Assembly: GCA_963827475.1 (NCBI GenBank)
Contig: CAWHAZ010000005.1
Coordinates: 1 to 64,000 of the forward strand
Origin: an uncultured Chloroflexia bacterium
Lineage (GTDB): Bacteria > Chloroflexota > Limnocylindria > QHBO01
Reading direction: 5' to 3'
Length of the DNA: 64,000 nucleotides
This document shows, piece after piece, positions 1-10,089 of the stretch. Position 1 is the stretch's first letter. Each line of letters begins with the position of its first letter. Made by a program: the position numbers and the translations under genes. The notes beneath the pieces are model-generated. The model worked only from the letters and a program-made list of their open reading frames with translations. It was not told where the DNA came from and did not search any database.

Positions 1-543
1 GTGTATTCGATCGTCAGGATCGGGGGAAAATCGTCCCGAATCGACGACGTCGGCTAACTGTTCCGGATTCGACAGCCGGAACCCGGCCCAGTCATCCGTC
101 GCCGCGTAGAGACCGGCGACAAAGGCGGTTACATCGAGGTTGGTGTAGGCGAACGGGGCCGGCGGCGTAAGCGTGTGCAGCACCGAGCCGGCGAGCAGGT
201 CGGTCAACTCGCCGATCCCATTACCAGCGTACCCGGCGATATCGGTCTCACAGCCAAATGAAGCACACGCAAACGTCGGAAACGGCTCCAGAGACAGCGT
301 GGCGGAGGTGATCGTGGCTCCGCTTGGAATCCCGGAGATGTCGAATTCGATCGCGCAGCGAGCCTCATTGTTTGAGAACCTGCGTGTGGTGCAGTCTCCG
401 TTGGGGCCCGTGAAGGGCCCACCATGCGGATCACCACCGATGAGTGCGCCCACGCTCAGCGTGGCGGTGGCTGCGGCCACCGGGCCGGCGGTGATGGCAA
501 GGGCAAGCATGGTGGTGCTCAGCAGCGTGATCAGTCGACGCAA
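1..543 (-). CDS. Secreted DNRLRE/CBM96-like beta-sandwich protein, partial (runs off the window; paralog of 7311..8048)
   Basis: Not in the ORF track. TTG at 543 with GAGGAG RBS gives MRRLITLLSTTMLALAITAGPVAA (signal peptide), then AIEFDISGIPSGATITSATL, GYAGNG, DVTAFV, AGFRL, the same motifs as in 7311..8048. Confidence 0.65.
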   Translation of the reverse strand, partial: MRRLITLLSTTMLALAITAGPVAAATATLSVGALIGGDPHGGPFTGPNGDCTTRRFSNNEARCAIEFDISGIPSGATITSATLSLEPFPTFACASFGCETDIAGYAGNGIGELTDLLAGSVLHTLTPPAPFAYTNLDVTAFVAGLYAATDDWAGFRLSNPEQLADVVDSGRFSPDPDDRIH

Positions 544-642
544 GGCGCGGCTCCTCAGGGGCGATCCAGGGGGGCTGCGATCCTCGCAGCCGGGCCGACG
601 GATCATAGTCGCGCTCGGCACGTGCGGATATAGCAAGTTTCG

Positions 643-1339
643 CTAGTGGAGGCGGCGCTCCTCGTAGCCGTGGGCGCCGATCAGGGGGACGAACACGACC
701 GGCTCCAGGGGACGCTGGGTCCACTCGTCGTCGTGGCGCTCGACGAGGGTCAGCCACTGCCCTTCCCGGTCGCCGATGGGGATCACCAGCCGCCCGCCGT
801 CAGCTGAGAGCTGCTCGCGGAGCGGGTCGGGGACCGATGGCCCGGCGGCGGTGACCAGGATGGCGTCGTACGGCGCGCCCGGCGGCCAGCCCTGGGTGCC
901 GTCCCCGATCTCGGTCAGCACGCCCTCGTAGCCCGCCGCCTCGAGGTTGCGGGCCGCCTGGGCGCTGAGCTGCGGGTCCCGCTCGACGGAGACCACCGAC
1001 GCCCCGAGCTCGGCCAGGACGGCCGCCTGGTAGCCGCTCCCCGTCCCCACCTCCAGCACTCGCGCCTTGCGCCCAGCCGCGGGACGGGCGGGCCAGCTGG
1101 GTCATCAACGCCACGACGAACGGCTGCGAGATCGTCTGGCCGCCGGCGATCGGGAGCGCGCGGTCGTCGTAGGCCATGGCCGAGTCCACGAACAGGTGGC
1201 GCGGCACGCGGCGCATAGCGGCGAGCACCTCCGGATCACGAATCCCGCGGTTCTCGAGCTGGGCCTGGACCATCCACTCCCGGGCCTCGTCCGGCGTGGC
1301 GTAGCGTCGCGGACTGGGCCGCCTCCGAAACCACGACAT
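643..1339 (-). CDS. pcm: Protein-L-isoaspartate(D-aspartate) O-methyltransferase (frameshift about 1075-1100)
   Basis: [23 protein letters not shown] in one frame; [37 protein letters not shown] in the next. Confidence 0.92.
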
Positions 1340-1375
1340 GACCGCATTCTGTGCCTCCGCGCTATCGTGCACGTG

Positions 1376-1711
1376 ATGAGCACGACGGAGACAGAGCTGC
1401 CGATCTTCCGCGATCAGCTGATCGGCGCCGCCTGCACCCTCGATGCCCCGCAGCTTCGCGCCCGGCTGGGCGCGTGGCTGGCCCTGCGCGATCGTGCCCG
1501 GGCGGTCGAATCGGTCTCCGACGGCGTTCGACTCGTCCTCGCCGCCGATGAGCCGATGGCCGGCGTGATGGATCTCGTGGTCAGCGAGTCGGAGTGCTGC
1601 GCGTTCTACACCTTCACCGTCTCGGTCGAGGGACCGGAGCGAAGGCTGGAGATCAATGCCGGGCCGGGCGGGGGACCGGCGGTGCAGGCGCTCCTCGGTC
1701 TGGAGGGCTGA
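1376..1711 (+). CDS. Small Cys-motif protein (ACTL...ECCxF), possible metal/metalloid-binding domain
   Basis: [26 protein letters not shown]; motif resembles the C-terminal domain of some actinobacterial MerR-type regulators. Confidence 0.55.
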   Translation: MSTTETELPIFRDQLIGAACTLDAPQLRARLGAWLALRDRARAVESVSDGVRLVLAADEPMAGVMDLVVSESECCAFYTFTVSVEGPERRLEINAGPGGGPAVQALLGLEG

Positions 1712-1815
1712 AGGCACCGACATCGGTGTCGCAGGGCACCGCTTCTTCCTCTTCCGACCTTCCCCTCTGCCGACGCCCGCGGTACGCTCCCGCCGTCGCC
1801 CCGGGAGGGTTCCCC

Positions 1816-2051
1816 GTGCACGAGATCCGTCTCCGCTGCTCGCTGTTCGACGTCGAGGTCCGCCTGCGCGAGTTCAACGGCCGCTGGATCGCTTCCGCTG
1901 ACACGCCCGACGGGCGGCCGACGCTCGGCTGGGGCATGAGCGCTCATCGGCGCCCTGTGGATCGCCCTCGAGCCATTCGGCAGGGGTCATCGAGGAGCTC
2001 CTGGCCAGCCTGCCCGACGAGGTGGCGGTGACGCTCGAGCCGCGCGGCTAG
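1816..2051 (+). CDS. Small hypothetical protein (frameshifted)
   Basis: GGAGGG RBS, GTG start, [33 protein letters not shown]; continues in other frames to [20 protein letters not shown]. Confidence 0.45.
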
Positions 2052-2082
2052 GCGTGAACGGTCCGGAGGAGGTCGTCCCGAG

Positions 2083-2822
2083 TCAGGCTGAGGCGGATCG
2101 GTCAGGGCGGTTTGGCGGGTCCGCTCGGGCCCGACTCGCTCCCAGCCCGGAGGCGGAGGCGGTTCGGCCGGCGTGGGGCTCCTGGAGGCCCTGACGGGTC
2201 GCGCGGTAGGTGATCGGGACGCCCGCCAGTTGCCGAGCCAGAGGTAGGCGACTGACAGGACGAGGAAGCCGATGATGATGCCTATCACCACCACCGCGAC
2301 CATCCCGTATCCGCCGTTGGCGGGATCGAGGAACGGATACGGATACCAGCCGTCAACCGCCCCGCGGACGAGCGTGAAGCCCAGCCAGACGAGCGGGTAG
2401 ATCGAGCCAGCGCAGGGCGTCGCTGTAGCGGAGCTGCGTGCCGGGTGGGAACGAGGATCCAGTCGAGGACGACGATGACCGGGAAGATCTTGTGCAGGAC
2501 GACGTCCACCCACACGCAGCTGCAGGCCGACGTCCACGTCCGAACAGGAACAGGATGACGACGAAGAACGTGACGGTGAGGTAGGCCGCGGCGGCTCCGC
2601 GGAACAGGTCGTGGCCCCGGCTCGGCGGGGCGATTTCGTCGCGCGGAAGGCCCAGACGAGGGCGACGACCCCGATCAGGTTGCTCTGGATCGTGAAGAAC
2701 GCGTAGAAGCGGGTCGGGTCGAAGACGCCCTCGCCGGCCAGCGCGCTGGACTGGACGACGATCGCGAGCAGGACGACGGCCGCCGAGAGGAGCCGGACGG
2801 CGTTCCAGAGCAGCTTGCCCAC
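2083..2822 (-). CDS. Pr6Pr (FAR-17a/AIG1-like) membrane protein (frameshifts; 3' end approximate)
   Basis: FYAFFTIQSN, LHKIFP, WYPYPFLDP motifs and several TM helices. Confidence 0.75.
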
Positions 2823-2871
2823 GGGGGAATCCTAGGCCCGCCGGTCAACCGCATTCCCGCCGCGCGGGAGG

Positions 2872-3130
2872 TCAGGACTGGGCGGAGGCGGTCGCGCGCT
2901 TGCGGGTCGCGGGCTGGCGGTCGGGCGAGTCGCCCTCGTCCTGCATCGACCGGCACCGGCTCGGTCTCGTACGCGCCCAGGGTGGCGGCGTCGAGCAGCT
3001 CGTTGAACAGGCGGTCGGCGCGGACCCGGAGCAGGCGACGCGTGGCGCGGCCGCTGCGCGGGGCGAGCAGGACGCCCACGACCAGGCCGACGAAGAAGAA
3101 TCGAATGGCGATCTTGACGCGGCTGAACAT
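2872..3130 (-). CDS. YtxH-like small protein
   Basis: FFFVGLVVGVLLAPRSGRATRRLL matches the YtxH pattern G..LLAPxSGxxTR; tail frameshifted. Confidence 0.65.
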
Positions 3131-3310
3131 CAGAGCGGGAGGATACCACCGGCCCGCCGGGGAGTCGGCGCGGGGCCTAGCCGGTCCAGCACGGCCCGTG
3201 GCCCGTCAGGACACGGTCGGCGATTGCGGCCATAATGCGCGGCCCGGGCGTGTCCCAAGGCCGATTCGCGAAAGAACGACGGCCGCCGCCCGCACCACGA
3301 GAGGAACCGC

Positions 3311-3772
3311 ATGAAGAGTCGTTGGGTACTTATCGCTGTCCTGGCGCTGGCCGCGTGCCAGCCATCAGCCTCGGAATCCCCGAGCCCGTCGGAAGGAGCG
3401 CCCAGCGCGGCGCCGAGCGCGAGCGAGGCCGCGGCCGCCACCGGGACCATCACCCTCCCCGACGAGGGCGCTGCCGTTGACGGGCCCGGGCTGAGCATCG
3501 CCGAAGCTCTCGAAACCGCCGGCGCGGAGCCGCAGCTGGTGAACGGCATCCTGCTCCAGGACACCGATGGAGCGATCTGGCTCTGCGAGTCGATCTCGGA
3601 CTCGTCTCCGCGCGCGTGCGCCGACGCGTACCTGCGGGTCGAGAACTACCCCGAGGACGCCGCCGCCGAAACCTTCGACCCCGAGAACGCGGACGTGACC
3701 GGCTCCCAGGAGGAGGACGGCGTCGTCTGGCTCGAGGATCAGCAGCTGTACGGGACGGTCGTAGCCGACTGA
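3311..3772 (+). CDS. Lipoprotein, hypothetical
   Basis: GAGGA RBS; MKSRWVLIAVLALAA-C lipobox, S/P/A-rich linker, acidic globular domain with two Cys. Confidence 0.75.
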   Translation: MKSRWVLIAVLALAACQPSASESPSPSEGAPSAAPSASEAAAATGTITLPDEGAAVDGPGLSIAEALETAGAEPQLVNGILLQDTDGAIWLCESISDSSPRACADAYLRVENYPEDAAAETFDPENADVTGSQEEDGVVWLEDQQLYGTVVAD

Positions 3773-3773
3773 C

Positions 3774-4054
3774 CTAGGGGCTGGGGCTGGCCGCCGGGCT
3801 GACGCTTTCGCTCGGCTCGGCGCTCGGCTCTCCGCTGCCGCTCGGCTCCGCGCTCCCACTCGAGGCGGGGCTGACGACCGGTGTCGGAACCGGGGTCGGC
3901 TCCGGCAGGAAGCGGGTCGGGACGTTGAGGATGTCGAGCACGAACAGGCTGAGGAAGATCGCGATCACGATCAGGACCCAGCCGCGGGCCAGCCAGTCGT
4001 TGCGCGGCGGCAGCGCGCCCCGGTAGCCGGGGTCGGACGGTTCACGGCACTCAC
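3774..4054 (-). CDS. Small single-pass membrane protein with P/S/E-rich tail (start approximate)
   Basis: LPPRNDWLARGWVLIVIAIFLSLFVLDILNVPTRFLPEPTPVPTP...SAEPS. Confidence 0.5.
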
Positions 4055-4099
4055 AAGCGCGGAAGCCTAGCCGATTCGCTGCCCCGCTCCGCGCGTGCC

Positions 4100-5261
4100 T
4101 CACGACCGGCGGCGGACGACTCCCAGGTTCGCCACGGCGAGGGCTCCGAGCGACGCGATCAGCAGCGCGGCGAAGCCAAGCGTGACCCACATGCCGCCGG
4201 TGGTGGACGGCGCGGTCGCGGCGTTCGGGAGGCTTGCCTGCGGCGTCCCGGTTCCGCCGCGACGGACTGCTCGACGGACTGCTCGACGGACTGCTCCACG
4301 GACTCCCCGATTGACTCCTCGATCGACGGGGGCGGCGGGCAATCCGAGATCGGGGTGGCGTCGTCCGGAAGGATGACGTCCTGCTGGTTCGACGTGATCG
4401 AAACGGAGCTCCGGCTGTGGAGCCACACATAGCTGAACGTGAAGCACGAATCCCCGTCGCCGAAGAGTTCCATGGCGTCGGTGAGGTTGATCGACGCTTC
4501 GGCAAAGGTCTTCGAATCAAGCTGCTGGCCCCCGAGGAAGTTCTGCGCGGCGGGGATGGGGGCGGCGTTCATCGCTCCCTGCACCAGGTTTGGCGGCGGG
4601 GACGGGCAGTTCGAGCCGGAGGCCCTGGTCCCGGCGAAGTCGAGCCACGCGCCCGCGTGCTCGTCGCCACTCCATCGGCATACTCCGAGGACCGGCGGGT
4701 CGACGCTGTACGTGATCAGCAGGTCACCGGCCGTCCGGGTCGGGACCTCGATCAGCCTGCCCGAATGGGTCTCGACCGTGGTCCGGTAGCCCGGCTCGCG
4801 CTGGTTGAGCTCGAACGCCAGGTGCGTGGTTCCGTTGTTCGACGCCCGGATGAAACCGAGGGCGAGGAAGCACATCACCCGTGCCGGGCTCCTGGGCCAC
4901 GTAGCCGCTGAGGATGTCGTACTTGTCCGAGCCGAAGGAACCAAAGTCGAACGTCCACGCGTCAGGATCCTCCTCGCTGCTGCCGGGGCCGAACTGCGAG
5001 TCGCTATTTCCGCTCGGGTTGTCCGGGAGGCTGTTGGTGATCCCGATGATGGACTGCCAGTCGAGCCGGTCGTTGCCCGCTCCGCTGCCATCCGAGTCGA
5101 CCTGGTTGCCGTCATAGCCCTCGAAGCAGCTGCCCGGCAGCGGCGTGCCCGGGGACGCGGGGCCATCGGGCGTGCAGAACAGCCGCAAACACCATGCCGG
5201 GCGAGAGGACGACGAGGGAGAACAGGGCGGCGCTTGCCACCAGCGCGAGCCGACGACGCAT
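4100..5261 (-). CDS. Secreted surface protein with LPNAA-TM-RRR C-terminal sorting-like tail (frameshifts)
   Basis: Signal MRRRLALVASAALFSLVVLSPG; globular domain (RLDWQS..ELNQ..RTAGDLLITY..FAEASINLT); tail SLPNAATAP..LGFAALLIASLGALAVANLGVVRRRS. Confidence 0.7.
4261..4327. repeat. 12-bp coding tandem repeat (GACGGACTGCTC x3 plus degenerate copies) encoding a SVEQ stalk
   Basis: gacggactgctc gacggactgctc gacggactgctc cacggactcccc; minus strand reads SIEESIGESVEQSVEQSVEQSV. Confidence 0.85.
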
Positions 5262-5286
5262 GACACTTCCTCGAGGGCGGGCGGTC

Positions 5287-5328
5287 CGATGGGCGCCTCG
5301 GGCCGGGGGCCGGGGCAGTGTACGGCCC
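5287..5328 (-). promoter_or_regulatory. Repeated upstream element copy 1 (TACACT -10-like box plus conserved 5' leader)
   Basis: Plus strand cgatgggcgcctcgggccgggggccggggcagtgtacggccc, near-identical to 7229-7266 and 8075-8115. Confidence 0.7.
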
Positions 5329-5372
5329 ACGGAGTCGCGACGGAAGCCCCTCCGTCGGAAGCACACGGTGGG

Positions 5373-7202
5373 TTACCGGCGGCGAACGACCCCCAGGTTC
5401 GCCACAGCCAGGGCGCCGAGCGACCCGATGAGCAGGACGGCGAAGCCGAGCGCGATCCAGGAGCTCTCCGGTCCTGGCTGGGCCATCGCCGCGTCGGGCA
5501 GCGAGGGCGCCGGGGCTGGAGCGAAGGCGCCGACGATGACCGAGAACGTGCCGGTGGCGGTGTGGCCGACCGCATCGGTGGCGGTGCAGGTCACCGTCGT
5601 GGTGCCGACCGGGAAGGTCGAGCCCGAGGCCGGCAGGCAGGCCACGGTGGCCGCGCCACCCTGCTCGTCGGTACCGGTGGGCGGGGTGTAGGTCACCACC
5701 GCGCCGCGGCCGAGTTGGCCGGCACCGAGACGTTGGCATGGGCCGCCACGGTCGGCGGCTGGGCCTCGTAGGCGCCGATGTCGCAGGCGGCCGGACGGGG
5801 CATCCCGCGCTGGTCGAGGCCGCTGACCGGCGCTGCCGCACAGGTCGCACTCGTGCCCGTATCGATGGCCGGATTGCCGGCCACGAGCGCCAGGGCGATG
5901 GTCTGGGTCGGGCCGCCGTTGTTGGCCAGCCCGGCCGGGTCGAGCACGCCGGCGGGACCGGCGGCGAAGACGTTGTTCGTGCTGGTCACGGTCCCCCCCG
6001 GCTCGTTCGTGATCGCGGTTGGCAATTCGCCGACGAAGAGACTGTTCCTGACGGTCGCCGTGCCACCGTTGTCGATGCCGCCGCCAGTAGTGCTGGCCGA
6101 GTTCCCGCTGAACGTCGAGTTCGTAAGGGTCAGGCTGCCCAGGAAATGGTTCGCGATTCCGCCTCCGGACGTGGCTGAGTTCCCCTGGAGCGTGGTATTC
6201 ACCACGGTCAGGATGCCGCCTGGGTAGTTGGCGATCCCTCCGCCGGTGGCGCTGGAGGAGTTCCCGTTGATCGTGGAGCCGACGACGGTCAGCGTACCGC
6301 CGACCTCGTTGTTGATACCGCCTCCGTCCCAGTTGCTGGTCGAGTTCCCGCTGATGGTCGAGTTAGTGACGGTCACGTTCCCGCCGAAGGAGTTGGCGAT
6401 CCCGCCAGATCCACCGCTGGCCACGTTGTCGGCGATGACCGAATTCGTGACCGCAATCGTGCCCCCGACGTTGGTCATGCCGCCGCCGCCGCCGCTGGTG
6501 GCCGTGTTCTGGCTGACCGCGGAGCCGATGATGTCCAGCGTCCCGTGGTCGTTGAGGATGCCGGCGCCAAAGGTCGCCGTGTTCCCGAGGATCGTCGAGT
6601 TGGTGACGGTCAGCGTGCCGTGATTGTTGATGCCGCCACCGGCGTTGCCGGCCGTGTTGCCGCTGATCGGTCGAGTCGGTGACGGTCAGGGTCCCGTTGT
6701 TGAGGATACCGCCGCCGGGGCCGCCGGCAGTGTTGCCGCTGATGGTCGAGTCGGTGACGGTCAGGGTCCCGTCGTTGGCGATGCCACCGCCAGGGCCACC
6801 GGTCGAACCATTGGTCATCGTCAGCCCCGACAGAGTGACCGTGACCGACCCGACGTTGAATACCTGGAAGGCGCCGCCCCCGTTGACCGTGACCGCTCCA
6901 GCTCCCAAGATCGTGAGGTCGCTCGAGATGGCTGGGAGCGCCGACCCCACGGTGATCGTGCCGGCGACGCTGAACGTGATGACATCGGCGCCCGAGCCGG
7001 CAATGCACTCACCCGGAGCTGCCCCGGACGGGGCATCGGCGTTGGCCGCGGTGATCGCCTCGCGCAAAGTGCAGAACCCATCGTCGCCAGGTGCCGTGTC
7101 GGCCGTCGAGTTCACGGTGAGCGCCGCGGCGGCAACCGGAGTCGCGGTGAGGCCCATCAGCAGGCCAAGGATGATCAGGATCGTGGCGACTCGGGCGCGC
7201 AT
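5373..7202 (-). CDS. CSLREA-domain / right-handed beta-helix / choice-of-anchor Q / HYR surface protein with LPDAA-TM-RRR tail (frameshifts)
   Basis: VNSTAD..CTLREAITAAN; repeated NxGTLTVTxSTISGN..GGGI; LANNGGPTQT..DQRG..CDIGAYE; HYR SGSTFPVGTTTVTCTATD; tail LPDAA..LGALAVANLGVVRRR. Confidence 0.85.
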
Positions 7203-7228
7203 TGGCGGTTCCTCAAGGGGGAGCTGGC

Positions 7229-7266
7229 CGATGGAGCCTCGGGCCAAGGCCGGGGCAGTGTACGGC
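7229..7266 (-). promoter_or_regulatory. Repeated upstream element copy 2
   Basis: Plus strand cgatggagcctcgggccaaggccggggcagtgtacggc, upstream of the ATG at 7202. Confidence 0.7.
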
Positions 7267-7310
7267 GGGCAGCGTCTGCGCGGAAGGCCCGCCTCGGAAC
7301 CGAGCGGCTG

Positions 7311-8048
7311 CTACCGGCGGCGCACGACTCCCAGGTTAGCCACGGCTACCGACCCGAGGGTCCCGATCAGGAGGAGTCCGAAGCCGATCGCCGCGAGCGG
7401 GCTGCCGGTGGGCGGCGGCGCGGTTGCTGCGTTCGGCAGGCTCGAGGTTCCCGGAGTCGGCGGGTTGGGTAGGTCGTAGGTGATGGTCAGGACCGGTCCT
7501 AGCTCCTCAATAAACCCATCACCACAAACAAATGAGTCAAACGTCGTGACCGACTCGGGATCGGGTCGGATCGAGAATCCCGCCGAACCTGCGCTGATCG
7601 TGGCGGCTGTTACCAGGCTCGTCACGTCGTAGTCCGCAAGTGCACCGTTTGTAATCGGTGTGAAGAGGATTGGCGTGCCTGTGACCTGGATGTCCGGCTC
7701 CGTGATCGAGCCATCGCCCGCGTAGCCGTACATCGCGTGCTGAATGAAGGTGAACTGTGTGGACGCGTGGAGAGTGAGGGTCGCGCTGAGGACCGTGGCC
7801 TCCGGTGGGAGGTCGGTCAAGGGAAATTCGAGCGCGGAGCGGTATCGGTCAGTGTCGAAGTACGCACCGCTCGGGCAGCCAGATACTCCTTCGGTCCAGG
7901 GTCCCCCAAATAGCGAGTCAAATCCCTTGCCGATCCCGCCGTCGGCGTTCGCGATCGCGAGGCTGCCGCCCCCCGCCGACACCGGCGCCGCGGTGACGGC
8001 CATCAGCAGGCCGAGGATGATCAGGATCAGGGCGACGCGGGCGCGCAT
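7311..8048 (-). CDS. Secreted DNRLRE/CBM96-like protein with LPNAA-TM-RRR tail
   Basis: Signal MRARVALILIILGLLMAVTAAPVSA; RSALEFPLTDLPPEATVLSATLTL; PVLTITY; tail SLPNAATAP..AVANLGVVRRR. Confidence 0.75.
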   Translation of the reverse strand: MRARVALILIILGLLMAVTAAPVSAGGGSLAIANADGGIGKGFDSLFGGPWTEGVSGCPSGAYFDTDRYRSALEFPLTDLPPEATVLSATLTLHASTQFTFIQHAMYGYAGDGSITEPDIQVTGTPILFTPITNGALADYDVTSLVTAATISAGSAGFSIRPDPESVTTFDSFVCGDGFIEELGPVLTITYDLPNPPTPGTSSLPNAATAPPPTGSPLAAIGFGLLLIGTLGSVAVANLGVVRRR

Positions 8049-8074
8049 GGCGGTTCCTCGAGGGGGCAGTCCGA

Positions 8075-8115
8075 CCGATGGAGCCTCGGGCCGGGGCCGG
8101 GGCAGTGTACGGCCC
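8075..8115 (-). promoter_or_regulatory. Repeated upstream element copy 3
   Basis: Plus strand ccgatggagcctcgggccggggccggggcagtgtacggccc, upstream of the ATG at 8048. Confidence 0.7.
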
Positions 8116-8147
8116 GCGTGGCGGCGAACGAAGCCCGGGGCGATGGG

Positions 8148-10088
8148 TCAGGCGGCGTTGCGCATGGACGGGATGAGCCAGCCGATCAGCCCGGCGGCGA
8201 CCGCCACCGCCCCACCCAGCATCAGGGTCCGGTCCGCCCCGATGATCCCGGCCAGGATGCCGGACACGGCCATGGCGGTGGCCATCACCCCGAACACCAG
8301 GGCCTGGCGCGACGTCACCACCCGCGCGAACAGGGCCTGCGGCGTCCGCTCCTGGAACAGGGTGATGTTCGGGATGACGAACGCCATGTTCGTCGCGCCG
8401 ATGAGGAAGAACAGGGCGATCGCGAGCACCGGATCGGTCACCAGGCCGACGACGATGAAGGTCACGCCCATGCCGATGAAGCCCGCGATCGCCATCGGTC
8501 CCTTCTTGGCGTCTCCGGCGAACCCACCGATGACGAGGCCGCCGACGATGCTGCCCAGCCCGATCGACGCCATAAGCAGCGAGTAATTCTCCGGAAAGCC
8601 GATGACCGACTGTGTCGAGCACCGACTGCGCGTAGAGGAGCGAGCAGGTGACCTCGGTCCCGACCGCGACCTGGGCCATGGTTGACACGAGCGTGTTCGC
8701 CCGCAGCTCCGCCTGGTGGACGAGGAACGAGATGCCCTCCCGCACGTCGCGCCACAGCTGACCGATGCCGAACGCGCCGGCGGCGCGTTCGTGGCGGGGC
8801 ACCTGCATGAGGACCAGGAACAGGGCGGAGATGAGGTACGTCCCGGAGTCGATCACGAACGCCGTGCCGATGATCCCGGCCAGGGCGGCGACCATCAGCC
8901 CGGCCAGGGGGTAGCCGATGAGGTCGGCCAGGGTCTCGGTCACGCTGGTCGCGCTGTTGGCGGGGAGGAGGTCCTCGCGGTCCACGATCTGGGGCACGAG
9001 CGCGTCCTTCGAGGGGCGGAACAGGAGCGACACGGTCGCCACCGCGAAGGCGACGAGGTAGACGAGCAGGATGTTCACGTTGAACGCGAGCGGGATGGTC
9101 AGCACCAGCGCGGCGCGGATGAGGTCCGCGGCGATCATCGTCCGGCGCCGGTCCCAGCGGTCCGCCAGGGCGCCGGCCCACGGGCCGAAGATCACGTTCG
9201 GGACGGCGATGGCGGCCATCGTGAAGCCCACGTCCAGCGGCGTGCCGCGGGTCGCGACCAGGAAGCCGAGGGCCACCTGGTGGATCCGGTCGCCCATCAG
9301 GCTGACCAGCTGGCCGCACCACAGCAGGGCGTAGTTGCGGTTGCCGGCGAGGCGGAGGTACGGCGACTGCGGCTCTCCTCCTCCTCGACCGCGACCCCGA
9401 TCCCCGGACCGGGCAGGACCGGCACCGGCTCGGCGGCGAGCGGCATGGCGGTGGCATAGGCGACGCCCAGCTGGAACTCGCCGGCGGGCATCGGTCGTGG
9501 CGGATTGGCGCCCAGCGCCACCGACATCCGGGTCGGCACCGACGGGCGGGTCATGGCCGCCGCGATGGCCCACACGATCCCGACCCACAGCAGGACGTCG
9601 CCGATGCTGATGACGTCGCGCAGGACCGGGATGGGGATGGGCACCACGTCGCCGAACATCCCGCCCTGCCGGACGAACTCCGCGGTCGAGTCCGCGGTCA
9701 GGACGATGTGGAACGGGTCGCCGGCGATGTCGGCCAGGGACAGCCCGGCGGCGAACAGGGCGCCCTCGAAGACCGGCATCTTGCCCTGGTGGAGGATGAC
9801 CGCGATCGTGTTCAGGGTGACCCCGATGGCCGCCACCTGGAGCCCGGGCACCTTCCAGTTGCGGTACAGCCAGATCACGATCAGGACGTAGGTCACCGGC
9901 AGGCCCCAGGCCGCCGCCACGTCCGCCCCACCGGAATCGGTGGTGATCGCCAGCCCGGCCGCCAGGCGCACGGCGAGGGCGATGCCCAGCAGCCAGATCC
10001 ATTTCAGGCGGAGGTCCGCCAGGCGGGGGAGCTGCCCTCCGGCCAGGGCCCCGAGGACGAGGCCGACCAGGATGGCGCTAAGGAGCAT
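8148..10088 (-). CDS. DUF5317-family membrane domain fused to an MFS exporter (DHA3/EntS-like); frameshifts about 9375 and 8610
   Basis: N-term GGQLPRLADLRLKW..LN..GKMPV..H..GDVVPIP..VISIGDVLL (DUF5317); then NRNYALLWCGQLVSLMGD, GALADRWDRRRTMIAAD (MFS motif A), FQERTP..ARV; no separate start codon before MFS TM1. Confidence 0.75.
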
Positions 10089-10089
10089 C

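Noticed and set aside
4261-4327. Short tandem repeat as a possible CRISPR array or contingency locus
   Set aside because: 12-bp in-frame units without spacers, encoding an SVEQ stalk; no cas genes in the window.
6100-6800. Repeated 60-80 bp units resembling a DGR template/variable repeat or an array
   Set aside because: Coding beta-helix repeats (GTLTVTDSTISGN..GGGI) of the CSLREA protein; no reverse transcriptase nearby.
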